A stretch of DNA of 63,813 nucleotides, the filler included, from Choristocarpus tenellus KU-1152 (taxonomy: Eukaryota; Protista; Phaeophyceae): NCBI GenBank assembly GCA_964200185.2. It is 11 parts of 11 records of this genome, joined end to end, with 100 filler letters (N's around TTAATTAATTAA, not from the genome) between each part and the next. Parts side by side here need not be neighbours in the genome. Positions count along the whole stretch, not along the records: positions 49,346 to 55,997 come from CAXNAD020007651.1; positions 56,098 to 60,876 come from CAXNAD020013094.1; positions 60,977 to 63,813 come from CAXNAD020024311.1; 8 more parts are not named here. One strand, written 5' to 3'. Shown piece by piece: positions 53,001 to 63,813 of this stretch (positions within the stretch are counted from its first letter, which is position 1; every line of letters starts with the position of its first letter). The position numbers and the translations under genes were made by a program. The notes below the pieces were generated by a model, which saw only the letters and a list, made by a program, of their open reading frames with translations, ran no database searches and was not told the DNA's origin.

Positions 53001-53610
53001 AGAACAGACAAGCGCTGAGCTTGTGGTATAGCCACAAGGCCGAAGCAATGGTTACCTATCTATGTAGTAATCTGACAGCTCCACCACACGGCTTGGCCCT
53101 TCCCCATCCTGAAATTATAATCGAGAGATATGCGGTAAAGGGAAGGAAAGACATGGTGTGCCTTAACTGGTGTGAGCGATACGAAAGCAATACGCCATTG
53201 CGGTGAGAAGATTTGTATGGTCTCATTTACTGGCATTCCTATCACGCGTTGTTAGTGGTCCAGAGCAAGAATATCACCTCTGTAGATGCCCTCCGTCTAG
53301 CTTAGTCTAACACACCGAATATCAAGTGAAGAGAGGTGTGTATCTCCATTCTCTCACCGCCAAGTGGTAAGGTTCGTCCGTGCCCATCCGAAACTTGCCG
53401 GCCTTGATGAAAGCCATATCCACTTCCCCATTAACACCATTCGCCCCAAGATGGCAAAAGCTTCCTGGTTGACCTCCACTAGTTTGACCCAAACCTGTCA
53501 CCCCTCCCACTGCTTTCCTGCTCTCCAGTCCCGCCGTGCAACCACAGTCAGCGTTGTCCGCAGAAGGAACGAACCTACCATCACTCTCGGTCACATCTAT
53601 ATCTGGCTTG
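50016..53610 (-). CDS. SUMF1: Formylglycine-generating enzyme / sulfatase-modifying factor (5' portion)
   Basis: Phase-consistent exons about 53610-53358, 53108-53056, 51922-51790, 50849-50733, 50237-50016 give [105 protein letters not shown]. Confidence 0.9.
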
Positions 53611-54401
53611 TAGAACAAGAACCTTTGTGTCAAGCTCAGCACAATGGAATCGATTCATTCACTCCCACCTATGATACATACGAGAGACTTCCCATCCACT
53701 TCCACAACGAAACTATCAATTCACCTTCAGTACCATTTGCAAAGATTTGAGTAGCAAGAGCGAGTGTGGATGTCAGTCGCAGTGCACTTATCCATGTGAC
53801 CGGCCAATGCATCTTCCAGGACAAGCTCGGTAGAGTCTCACGTTGCAAGTTGTGAGGTTGATTTTTCGAAAGGAGGTGAAGAGTTTCCAGTACAACGTTG
53901 TTCCCCTTTTACAACGCAGCGTTAACGTAGGGTTGAGGTGAAAACTACTTCTACTATATTGGGTACTCAGTTCAAAAAAGTACGTTGTCGTACACACTTA
54001 CTCACACGAATGTTCATGACGTTGGATGAATGTCCAGGTAGCAGGACGAGCAAGACAAGCTCTCTCCCACTCACTGCCTAACCTCAATGCTTAACTACTC
54101 TTCTTCCCTGTGGTAGGCTGTGTGCTATTGACTTGCGGCAGAAGTCCTCCCACCTCCGACTGTTGTGCTTGGTGACGTGAAGCTGCTTCACACTCATCGC
54201 ATCTTCTGGCTACCGATATCACACCAAACTGTCTTTCAGACAATGGGACCCAACGGGAAGCAGCGTAAGAGTGGTAGTGAGAGCTCTGTGGGACTGATGC
54301 GGCGAAAGAGGGTGGGTGCAAACAGTGGGGTTAGTAGTCGTCGTACTTCATGAATTGCATGTTACTACCAAAGCAAGTCATGTAGTTTTGTCAACCCATA
54401 G

Positions 54402-54796
54402 CTCACTGTACCCTTCACTGCTCCTGCTTATCAACAGCTCCTGGTAGGATGTGCTTGCATGTGGTTGAGTATAGGGACAAAAATTACGCCGGTGGGGGCA
54501 CTCCGGGCAAGCATTGGCGTATGGACAGGAGTGGGACGTGGCATCCCGTACACAAAAGGACAGAACTACGCACAAACCAAACCATGTCCTCTGCTGACCA
54601 AAAGTTGGCATGGAAGCAGTTTGTCGTCGAGGATTCAAACAATATCTGCGTCCAGGCCTCCACGTATAGTAAGGTGTAAGTCCCTTATGTCCCTTGCCGA
54701 AGAGGAAAATGGAGGAGTGACAAGTGAGGAATGGACACAACAAAATACAAAGTGGGTAACGGCTGCGGTAGTGACGACAGCTACGCTTCTCTATGG
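54402..54796 (+). CDS. Possible 5' exon of a plus-strand gene divergent from the FGE gene
   Basis: Open frame ending MSLAEEENGGVTSEEWTQQNTKWVTAAVVTTATLLYG at a strong gtgagt donor; start codon and later exons unresolved. Confidence 0.35.
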
Positions 54797-57099
54797 GTGA
54801 GTCATCAAGCAAAAAATTGTTCGTTTTGAGGTGATACGTTGAAGCTTAAAAGGAGGCTGTACCACCCGTACGCTGTAGGACCCTTTGCGATACACATTTG
54901 GTGTTATGTATGAGTTTTGGGATTCTTATCATCCTGCTGCTGGTGGAAAGAGGCGGGTGTAATCAAGCACAGGTTGTTGTCCACAAGGCGAGCACTGTTT
55001 CTTATATATTGAGGATTTTCTATGATGCCAACAGGCTTGTAACGGGATTTGTATCCCCTATTGGTCCGACATTTGTCATAGATGACCAGAGAATGACTTT
55101 GTTGTGCTGCAGATACTGGTATAGAACATTCGGTTGTTGCACCTCAGCATCCTTTTTGAACACACGTACTTGACAATTGATTTGTATGCTCTTGGTGTAC
55201 AGAGAATCATGGCCTCGTATCATAATTGCCATTAACCAGACAGTTTCTGATACTTGATTTCTCAGTCCCTGGGACTCATTTTTTACTCCAAGTTGCACGG
55301 AAGAAAAATTTCATCACAGTTTTTCATCTCTGCATCCCCATTAATTGTGAGGACCCCCCTAAATGTAAAGAAGCTATGATAAAGTACAATTTGATGAGGG
55401 TTGCCCCAAACTGTATTTGCTTTCCTGTAAGAATTCATACATCGTTTTTCCAGTTTCCTTGGGGTGTTTCCTAGTACCCCAGTTAGGAGTCTTGTTTGTT
55501 CTATTTATTGATACTGTACTCGATTTTTACGTCAGTAGACATAATACTTCAAAATAGTTTTGATGGAAAATGGATGTAGAAGTTTGGATACGGTGTAGGG
55601 TTGAGATGGAGGTATGGCGAGTCGTAATTCAGTGAGTCAAAAGCAAGGCAGTGGATCTACATGTTGTGTTTAGCCATCGGACTGGTGCTTAGACTAGACA
55701 CTTCTGCCACTTGAGCAGTATGTAAAACACTCATGGTTGTGTTTTTGTATGTTTTTGATGTGTTAGTGTTTTGTTAATAGATTCTGTTTCAATCTCATGT
55801 GTTGACTCATCAAATGCATGCACTGCGTTTTTCCTGAAGTTTGAATTTTCCATCCAATTGAAGGAGAGTTGGAATCTTTACTTGGTTGGTGCGAATGCAA
55901 TTCTATGCAAAAGAGAACTATTCAATTAGAGTATTTTGCTTTGTGTGGTATGGATATGTTTATTAGCGGAGTGAGCACAGCCCTCGGTGGTGGGGGGNNN
56001 NNNNNNNNNNNNNNNNNNNNNNNNNNNNNNNNNNNNNNNNNTTAATTAATTAANNNNNNNNNNNNNNNNNNNNNNNNNNNNNNNNNNNNNNNNNNNNTTC
56101 AGAATACCTCATTTGACTTGGCATGGATTGTCTGGTTCAGAGGCCTGGCCCCCCATGAGTGAGCCTAGCCAGGAGGTGACAACATAGCTTAAATGGAGAG
56201 ACAACAATTGCCATGTTGTCAGGGTGATGAAGATGACCTCTTCAGGCGTCAAAATCATCCCTAAATGCGCGGTTTGCGCGCACTGTATGGCACCCCTGCG
56301 CGCACCCTGCGCACGGACTACTAGTTTTAAGTATGGCCCTGTATTTCTCACGATTATTGTAAGTTGACCAACCGAGACCCATCAAATAAGGTTAACCATC
56401 CTGATGCGATTACAACAAACGAATTTTCGTGAAAAATTCGTTGTTGATCAAAAGTTATGACACAGCAAAGTTGATGCAGGAGGTTGACTGCCAATAATAT
56501 TGTTGAAGTTGAAATTTTAAATTCTACTCAATCTTTAATCAAAGAGAAGGAGGGTTTGATCCAAACTCTCTAAGAAAAAGGTTTTACAAAATATACGTAC
56601 CACCATCCAAGAATTGATGAGACCAAATATATACTGAATGTGCAATATATGACCAAGAGTATACTTGATCGGAAAAGTCGAATCGAAGTAGAATTCTCTT
56701 TGACATTATTTGGAAGTAATTTTTCATCATTCATGGGAAGGAACGTTTGTCTCGGGACAATTCTTGCTACACACAGACCAATAATCATATATCTCTTCGC
56801 ATACTTCAAGACAAGGTCCAGTCATACAAATAATCTAAAATCAACCCCAACATCAAATCGTCCACTGCTTCCAAACGTGAACAAGAATACCATTATACTA
56901 CAACTACTACTGGTAACGTCACCCCACACGTAAAACATACATCGGTGTGTTGGGATAGGAATCCTCTCAGTGGTGTTGGTAAGACCTGACCGTACAATAA
57001 TATTGCTGGTTTGGGGGAGAGCAGGAATCGTATAGAATGGGAATGTATCGACTTGAGACACACACATTGAGGTTGCCTGGTGTCATTTTGAGGCGACTG

Positions 57100-57520
57100 T
57101 GAGTACAAAGATTTTGCGAAGCTTGAGGAACTGCTTCAACCAAAAGTCGAGCGTGACCGCGAATTCCCAAGTGCGTCTAAGCGTAAAGGGAGGTTGTTTT
57201 GTAGCTTGAGAGTTAGCCTTTTGCCCATCTTTGATGCTTCAAGGGACACTCAAAGGTTGGCATCCGACATTTCAAGATATCATTCGCTCCATCTAGGTCC
57301 GTACTGCTGCAGGGTTACGCACTCCGTGTAGTGTAGAGTCTCAGGTAGCCGTGTATCTTCGCTATCTATCTGGAGGTAGGTACCTGAATCTCCTGTGTTC
57401 ACGGTATGCCCATGCAACTTCTTACCGTATCATTTGGAAAGTCGTTAATGATGTGAAAACTACCGATGCAGTCAGCTCCATGGAATTCCCAACAACGGTA
57501 AAGATTATGACCTCCTCGCC
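57100..57520 (+). mobile_element. PIF/Harbinger transposase fragment
   Basis: VESQVAVYLRYLSGGRYLNLL...TSYRIIWKVVN matches the LRYLAGGSY.D.....STxY HTH region of Harbinger transposases. Confidence 0.8.
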
Positions 57521-59049
57521 ACCAATTTTCAGTAAGCAATATTTTTACACTCCAACGTCGATCGGATTAGGATTAGGATTTAGGACTCTGTACTGTCCAA
57601 CTGGACATGATGTGTTTCTTTAGGGTCAGCCTCTCATGTGTCATGCGAGCAAAGAGCAAATGGGGAATAACTAGTCATGTGGTTAGAGCTTTTTGACGAA
57701 GTGTTCATCAAGAAGAACCTTGGCCCGTGCTAGAGAGATACCAATTGCTACATTACCTTTGGAAATTTTGTCCTTGGAGATAAGGTTACACTTTATCGAA
57801 CAAACTTATCAACACTATTCCCAAGTCTCATTTAACCAAACAGCATGCTTAATTACCCTAAGACCTGCCACCTTCAACTGTCGGAGTTTCTTCACACACA
57901 CACACCTTTGCTGTAGTGGAGAAACTCTATTGTTTATTGTGAATGCAGAGTTCACACAGATTAATTCGTGCATTTTTTTAGGAGTGTATTATTGAATAAT
58001 ATACCCCTTGGTATATGCACCCTAACCCAAACGGCAGTACAAGTGAAATAGTCACACCAAAGTATAAATAGGTGTTTGAGTGTAAGTTCCTGAGGGGTAG
58101 GGGACAGGGTACCAGAAGCAGCATGTATTCGTCGATATAAAGAGAGCTTCTTGGTCCCTAACATCAGAGCAGCCTTAATTAGGATTTTGAAAACTTTTTT
58201 CTTCTCGAGTCAGTGCCAGGGAGAGAAAAACTCAGTGCCTCATCCCATCACACTCATCACCATCACCACCACCATCACTCATCACAGGAGATCACACAGA
58301 ACAAATAAACGACATACATGTGTAAAAAAAAACTCAAGGCTCACCGGTGCAAAAGGAAGAGATCAATGAGAGGAAGTAGCAATCACCTGGAACTAGTGAC
58401 TGGGTCGGAAATTTTCAGCTATGGACTTCTCGTGTATGAACCTTGACCTTCGGGTAGGCATTACCTTGTTAAACCCTCCCAAGACGCAATTCCCCTTGGT
58501 ACCTCTTCTCTTAATGCAGTGGCCCATAGCATCTTAGAGGAGGGGGTGTTTATGTTACAGCACGCTCCAGAACTCACCTCCACAGGATGTGCAACTCAAA
58601 TCCAACGACCTTAAAACGACGCTATGGGGGCATTGCCCTTGGTAACAGTGTCTTGGGTGTCAGACAGCCTTCTCTCGATACTCCACCCAGTACATAGCTC
58701 AAAGCTCGACTCAATGTTTCGTTCAGGATCAAAGGACTGTTAAAGAGGGGCGATGGATTGTGATCAAAAGCTCTTATTATTTTCATCGTCTACCCGTTTT
58801 CTTTAGATTTCTATGGTAAAAGACATCTGCACACTGCTGTATACATAATCCAATCATCAACCTTTATGCTGCAACTTCTAGGAACTTTGACGTTTCTTCA
58901 GTGAGGTTACTTACGCATTACGGATCTTACTCTGCATCTTCTAAGGAACCAGCATATAATCTGGAAGGCTACCTATGTCCTACTAATCTCGTATACTGCT
59001 CACACTTGTTAGAACACGAGAAGAAATGCTCGTGCTATTCGCCTGTAAC

Positions 59050-59285
59050 ACTTAGCCCAGGTTGTCCTTTCAAGATTTGATAGGGTGTTGTAAGACACCC
59101 CAGTTTGATGCCTGTTTTGCGGGTGATTTTCCTTCGGATTTAGTTCTGGCAGAGTAGTGGATGCGTTCAGATTAAGAAAATTACCCTTGTATCCCACATG
59201 TTCACTCAGATGACATGAACATCACTACAGGTTCACACATGCCCCGAATGGACACCTTCCTCCCCCTCTAGGATATTATGGGCCT
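59050..59285. repeat. Dispersed repeat, copy 2
   Basis: Similar to 7330-7640. Confidence 0.6.
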
Positions 59286-59332
59286 GTACGTTTGTGTTTT
59301 GAGTCGCAGCATCAACCCCGCTAGAGTTCCGA

Positions 59333-60019
59333 CTCAAAGTATCTGGGGGGTGGCAGCTGTCCATTCAGGGCCCATTTTCAGGTGATTTGGTTCCTTGTGA
59401 GGGATAGACAATTTAAGTTAACTTCTCCTGATCAGGGCTCGAATGGACACCCTGGTGTAGACCCTTCCCCCCCCCTGATACCTTGAGCTTTCCCACACTT
59501 GGGCCCTCTTCTAGCATAATAGCCTTACATACTACAAAGACAAAATACTCTAGTCTACCTACATAACTACCTTTGGACTAACCCCATCATCAATGCAGTA
59601 GTTGTGCAGGTCGAAGATAGTCTGGATAAGCTCAGGGTGCCTTGCATAGGAATCTGTTTCCTTTTCCGTGGAACCTGGTGCTGGTTATCCTACACATTGT
59701 GCCAACGTCAATCTGCACCCCAGGCAGTGGATTATAGCGCTACATCAATATTTATTTTCTCTTCTCCCTTTTCTTACATCAATTTTTTTGCTCCTTCCAT
59801 ATGGGTCAAAGTATCTGGGGGGGGTGCCGGCATCCGTTTTTGACCCTGACTCAAAGTATCTAGGGGGGGTGGCGGCTGTCCATTTGGGGACAATTTCTTC
59901 ATGTCTTGATTTTTGGGTGATTTGGTTCCATACGTTGGATGGATAATGAAAAAACACTTTTCCTGGTTTGGGGCCAAATGGACACTCTGGTGTAGACCCC
60001 CCCCCCCCAGATACTTTGG
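59333..60019 (+). mobile_element. MITE family B cluster (about 59333-59486, 59806-59847, 59848-60019)
   Basis: caaagtatct(g)n..ggctgtccatt....gtgtagacc(c)nagatactttg. Confidence 0.8.
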
Positions 60020-60638
60020 TTCATATATTGATGTAATTATTACCTTATTCTCCTAATGTAAGGTCTGTCAACGTCATAAAACGAAGACACCTTCGCAGCC
60101 CAAGACCTACCGTAAAGGAAGACCAAAATAAGGTTGTCAACCAGAAGTGGAGGGTGGAGCCAACACATGCAAGAAATGGAATCTCTGCGCAAAAAACAGT
60201 GAGTTCATCCAGCAGCAGGGGCCCAACCTTTTGTCACCTCGTGGTGACTCCTAGCAACTACTAACTACTCTCATAAAAAATGGGACAATCACCGTTCGCT
60301 TCCCAACATATGGTAGGGGTAACTTTCGACCTCTGATCCACGTAAACAAGAGGTACCCAGGTTTTAGCCTTTTGAATTTTAATTATGTTTTTCAGCCTCT
60401 TGCAATTTACCCATATTTCTATGGATGAAATTCTAAGTTTGACTTGAGAGCTTCTATTTCTCTATTTTTCAAAACGTTTTCAATACAATTCAGAAAATTT
60501 TCTATTTACATTTTTGAAAAAAGGCAATTTTTTCGCATATTTGTCAGCATTCTTCAAAAATGGAAATCTAAGTACTTCTCGCTTACTTTGGCTCTCTACT
60601 ACAGTCGACAAAGGGAGTTGATGATGTGTGTGGGAGTG

Positions 60639-60876
60639 AGCCAAAGTATCTTAGAGGGTAGGGCCGCGTCCATTTGGGGACCAAAATCCAATGTTGCGAT
60701 TTGATGTAATTTTGTCTATCTTATTTTATAGGAAGTGTCAATATCCTTGTTCCGGACACACCTTCTCATAACGTATACATTTTACCTACTCCGAAACACT
60801 TTGGAGTAGAAAAATGTCATTAAGAACCCCATGGGATGCCAAACCTCAAATGGACAAACAGGGCAAAACTCGTACC
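60639..60876 (+). mobile_element. MITE family A copy, cut by a gap
   Basis: caaagtatcttagagggtagggccgcgtccatttgggg and the family A body. Confidence 0.85.
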
Positions 60877-61878
60877 NNNNNNNNNNNNNNNNNNNNNNNN
60901 NNNNNNNNNNNNNNNNNNNNTTAATTAATTAANNNNNNNNNNNNNNNNNNNNNNNNNNNNNNNNNNNNNNNNNNNNCCCCCCACACACACACACACACTT
61001 TGGGCCATGATGGTGGGAACAGGCAAAGGGTAGTAATATAGAAGCAGGAAGAGCTTAAAGGTAAAGAGCTATTTGGAGACCAAATGATTGGTATCATGGT
61101 AGTTCAACTTCAACACTGGCAAAGGGAAGAGCTAGAGCCCAGAACATTTACACACCCCACCATTGACTAGACTATCATACAACTTTACAAATGACAAAAA
61201 TTGGAGTGGGGGCAGTGGGGGCATTTAGTGTCAAACCTGCATCAGCTCTCTGTGTACCATAAGGCTGGCCCGAATTTGGGTGGTTCTTTTGACAGTCTGT
61301 AGCCACCTCACCATATCCTCCTTAGCCCCCTGTTTGGAAACACACACACCCCACAAAAAAAAGAAAAGACAGAACACGTTTTGAGAGATACAATACAGTT
61401 AAAGGGCCAACGAGATCAAGTTGATTCAAGAGCAAGTAGTCAAGGGAGGGAGGAAGCAACAATTGGGAGTAAGCCTAGGGTTACAGTTAAGGAAAGCAAT
61501 AGCCTTAGAGGCAGCAGTCAGAGATCAGCAGTGAGTCTTCATTGGATCGCTCTTCCTCCCCCCAAGTGAAATACTGCAGTGAAATACTGCAGTGACAGAT
61601 TGGTTACGCAGTACAAACCTACTACCAAAAGCTAAGATCCCATATCGAACACTGAACAAGTTGATACTCACTCTCTTTCAAGGACACATTCAGTAGGGGT
61701 ATGGGGTGATCCTACTCCAGGTCTCTCTACTCTCACCCAACACAACCATCCATCCACTCACCCATCCTTGTATTGCAATTCCAGGCAATAGCTTCAGTCT
61801 GCAACAGAGAATACGAAAATGTAACCACCCCTTATTGCCTCCACCAGGCTACCCACAGCACCACCCAATTCCACCCAC

Positions 61879-63813
61879 CTTAGACAAGCGAGGATTAGAC
61901 CCTTTTGCATACACCATCTCCAGACCATGGTCTTCATAGCCAGAGTCCTCAGCCGCCCTCTTCAAAAGTCCCATTCCTAGTCGCATGGCCTCTGATGCAC
62001 TGACATTTGCACTCTTCCCCAGGTCTTCCCACTGCCAGCGGAGATGGAGAGGGAAACAAGTCCGTAGGGAAGTCGGGCGAACATTTCATACTCATTAACC
62101 CTAACCCTATAGAGTATGATACACTGATATACAAATTTAACAAGTGCCAGAGGAAAGAGCTTATTCAGTCCTCTCTCCTCCTACCTCCCCTCACAAGATC
62201 CACAATATTGAAGGGTTAAAATCACAGTGGATAATTGTCACAACAAGGAAAGGCGTGCACACGTGTGTGTGTATGGGGGAGGGGGGGGCGAGGGGGTAGT
62301 TAGAAATGGAAAATATGCAAGTATGAATGAACACAATTAATATCAATAATTGTGCTGTTATGGTACAAATTCACCGCATAATTTGATATCCCTACTACAA
62401 AGGGATACAAGTCTCACACCCTTTACAAGACTGCCAAAACACGCTTACACATGTTTGAAGTACTTCAAACAAAGGGATTGTGATCCCAACATCTTTAAGG
62501 TAAAGGTGCAGGTTAAACCCAAACCTAAACCCAAACCCAAACCCAAGCCAGTTGAGTCCAGCACCCTTACAGTTTTCTGTTAGCAGAGTTTTTTTACGAC
62601 CTTTTTATTTGGTGCTGTTTTCTTCTTTCCTTTACCCTTGGGCTTGTTAGGAGAGGGGGGGGGGGGGGGGGTTTTGGGGGGGGGGGGAGTTAATACTTTT
62701 GCCCTTTTTGGGGGGAGNNNNNNNNNNCCCTGGGGGTTGTTAGGTGAGGGGGGGGGGGGGTATTTGAGGAAGGGGCAGACTTAATACTCTTGCCATCATT
62801 GGAGGAAGGTTTGTATTTTTATTTTTATTTGTACTTGGGTTTAACCTGCATTCCAAAACAGGATTCAGCACTCCCTACTCCCTACTGTCCTTGCCTTCCC
62901 TCTTGCTACTTTAATTTCCTGACCCTCACCTTGAGGTCCAAGATAGACCGCAAGGGACTTGGAGGAAAGAGCTGTTGCCCCTTGAGGAGGATGATAGGAA
63001 CCCCCAAGTCCCTCATGGCCTTCAATGCACACAATGGAGCACACAGTGAAATATCAGATCGGAGGGTCTTAGATGGCTTGTTTAGATGGGGCATACAGGG
63101 ACAGAAACTTTGGAATGGGAGGCATGGGAGCATCTTGTATTGGCTTCTGCTTCAAGATGACCCAAATTGGGGTAATATTAGTGGTTCAGTATCACATTGT
63201 ATTGATCTTTATAGTCATGTGCCCATATATTTTGGGAGCAAATAGGTTGATTTTACCCTACTAAAAAGATAATTAAAAAATGAATAGTATTAAAATAACA
63301 AAAGTATTAAAACAAGTACGATTCGAAGTTGAACTTATCATGCCCCAAACAATTCTGAAAACGATGCCAATTTGCACTTCCAGAAGTCAGGAAAAGAACA
63401 TCATCACAGACTACAGGCTAACCACTACAGGCTAACCACGTAGCAATGCCCACGCCTTCATCAGAATACCTTACCCGCAAAACATTTTCAACACTAACAC
63501 TAACACTAATACTAACACTAACACTAACACTAACACTAACACTTGTCCACAAATAGCAAGTAACACCCTTTGCCTCACCAGATACCGCCATTATGCACCC
63601 TCCAATCTTCTCCTACCAACATCATCCAACCCTAGTAGATTCCTACCTGCTCCATGAGGACAAGATCAACCTTGTTCTCCTTGGGCAAGCCACTGCCATC
63701 TCCCAGAAGAACAGCCCCCCCCCTCCCCCAGCTCCCGCCCCCCCCCGCCCTTCCATGGGCACCTCCACCCGATCCTCCACCACCAACGCCTCCAAGTCCT
63801 TGTTGTCCTCCCC
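61879..63813 (-). CDS. Partial multi-exon gene of unknown function entering from the window end (exons 63813-63647, 63019-62930, 62031-61879)
   Basis: Phase-0 joins give ...KVDLVLMEQ|AMRDLGVPIILLKGQQLFPPSPLRSILDLK|WEDLGKSANVSASEAMRLGMGLLKRAAEDSGYEDHGLEMVYAKGSNPRLSK, with gtagga, gtgagg and gtgggt donors. Confidence 0.6.
63489..63543. repeat. (AACACT)n microsatellite
   Basis: About 9 hexamer units. Confidence 0.9.

Noticed and set aside
46510-53610. SAM carrier plus FGE as a sulfur-metabolism gene cluster
   Set aside because: They are separated by an artificial contig join, and FGE-type enzymes do not use SAM.
62515-62545. (AAACCC)n as telomeric repeat
   Set aside because: Only about five imperfect internal units; an ordinary microsatellite.

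Overview
Eukaryotic, intron-rich, repeat-rich genomic DNA. The bipartite signal/transit presequences and GT-AG gene structure suggest a photosynthetic stramenopile (ochrophyte); this is an inference. Ten 100-nt gaps carry an artificial TTAATTAATTAA linker, so the window is about 11 joined contigs and adjacency across gaps is unproven. Genes spliced by hand: (1) a minus-strand gene of at least 12 exons (820-10401) with TPR / coiled-coil / WD40 / LysM architecture and one GC-AG intron; (2) a predicted plastid-targeted protein of unknown function (minus, ATG 39286), head-to-head with (3) a 904-aa secreted, membrane-anchored LamG-like plus Ig/cadherin-like repeat protein (plus, 39660-42510); (4) an intronless S-adenosylmethionine-type mitochondrial carrier with a signal peptide (minus, 46510-47469); (5) the 5' part of a formylglycine-generating enzyme (SUMF1-type) gene (minus, 50016-53610); (6) several partial or orphan genes at contig edges. 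The rest is decayed transposons (LINE RT, copia, gypsy integrase, mariner, PIF/Harbinger, possible DIRS-like and GIY-YIG remnants), at least four MITE-like families, and mini/microsatellites. No rRNA, tRNA or CRISPR array was seen.
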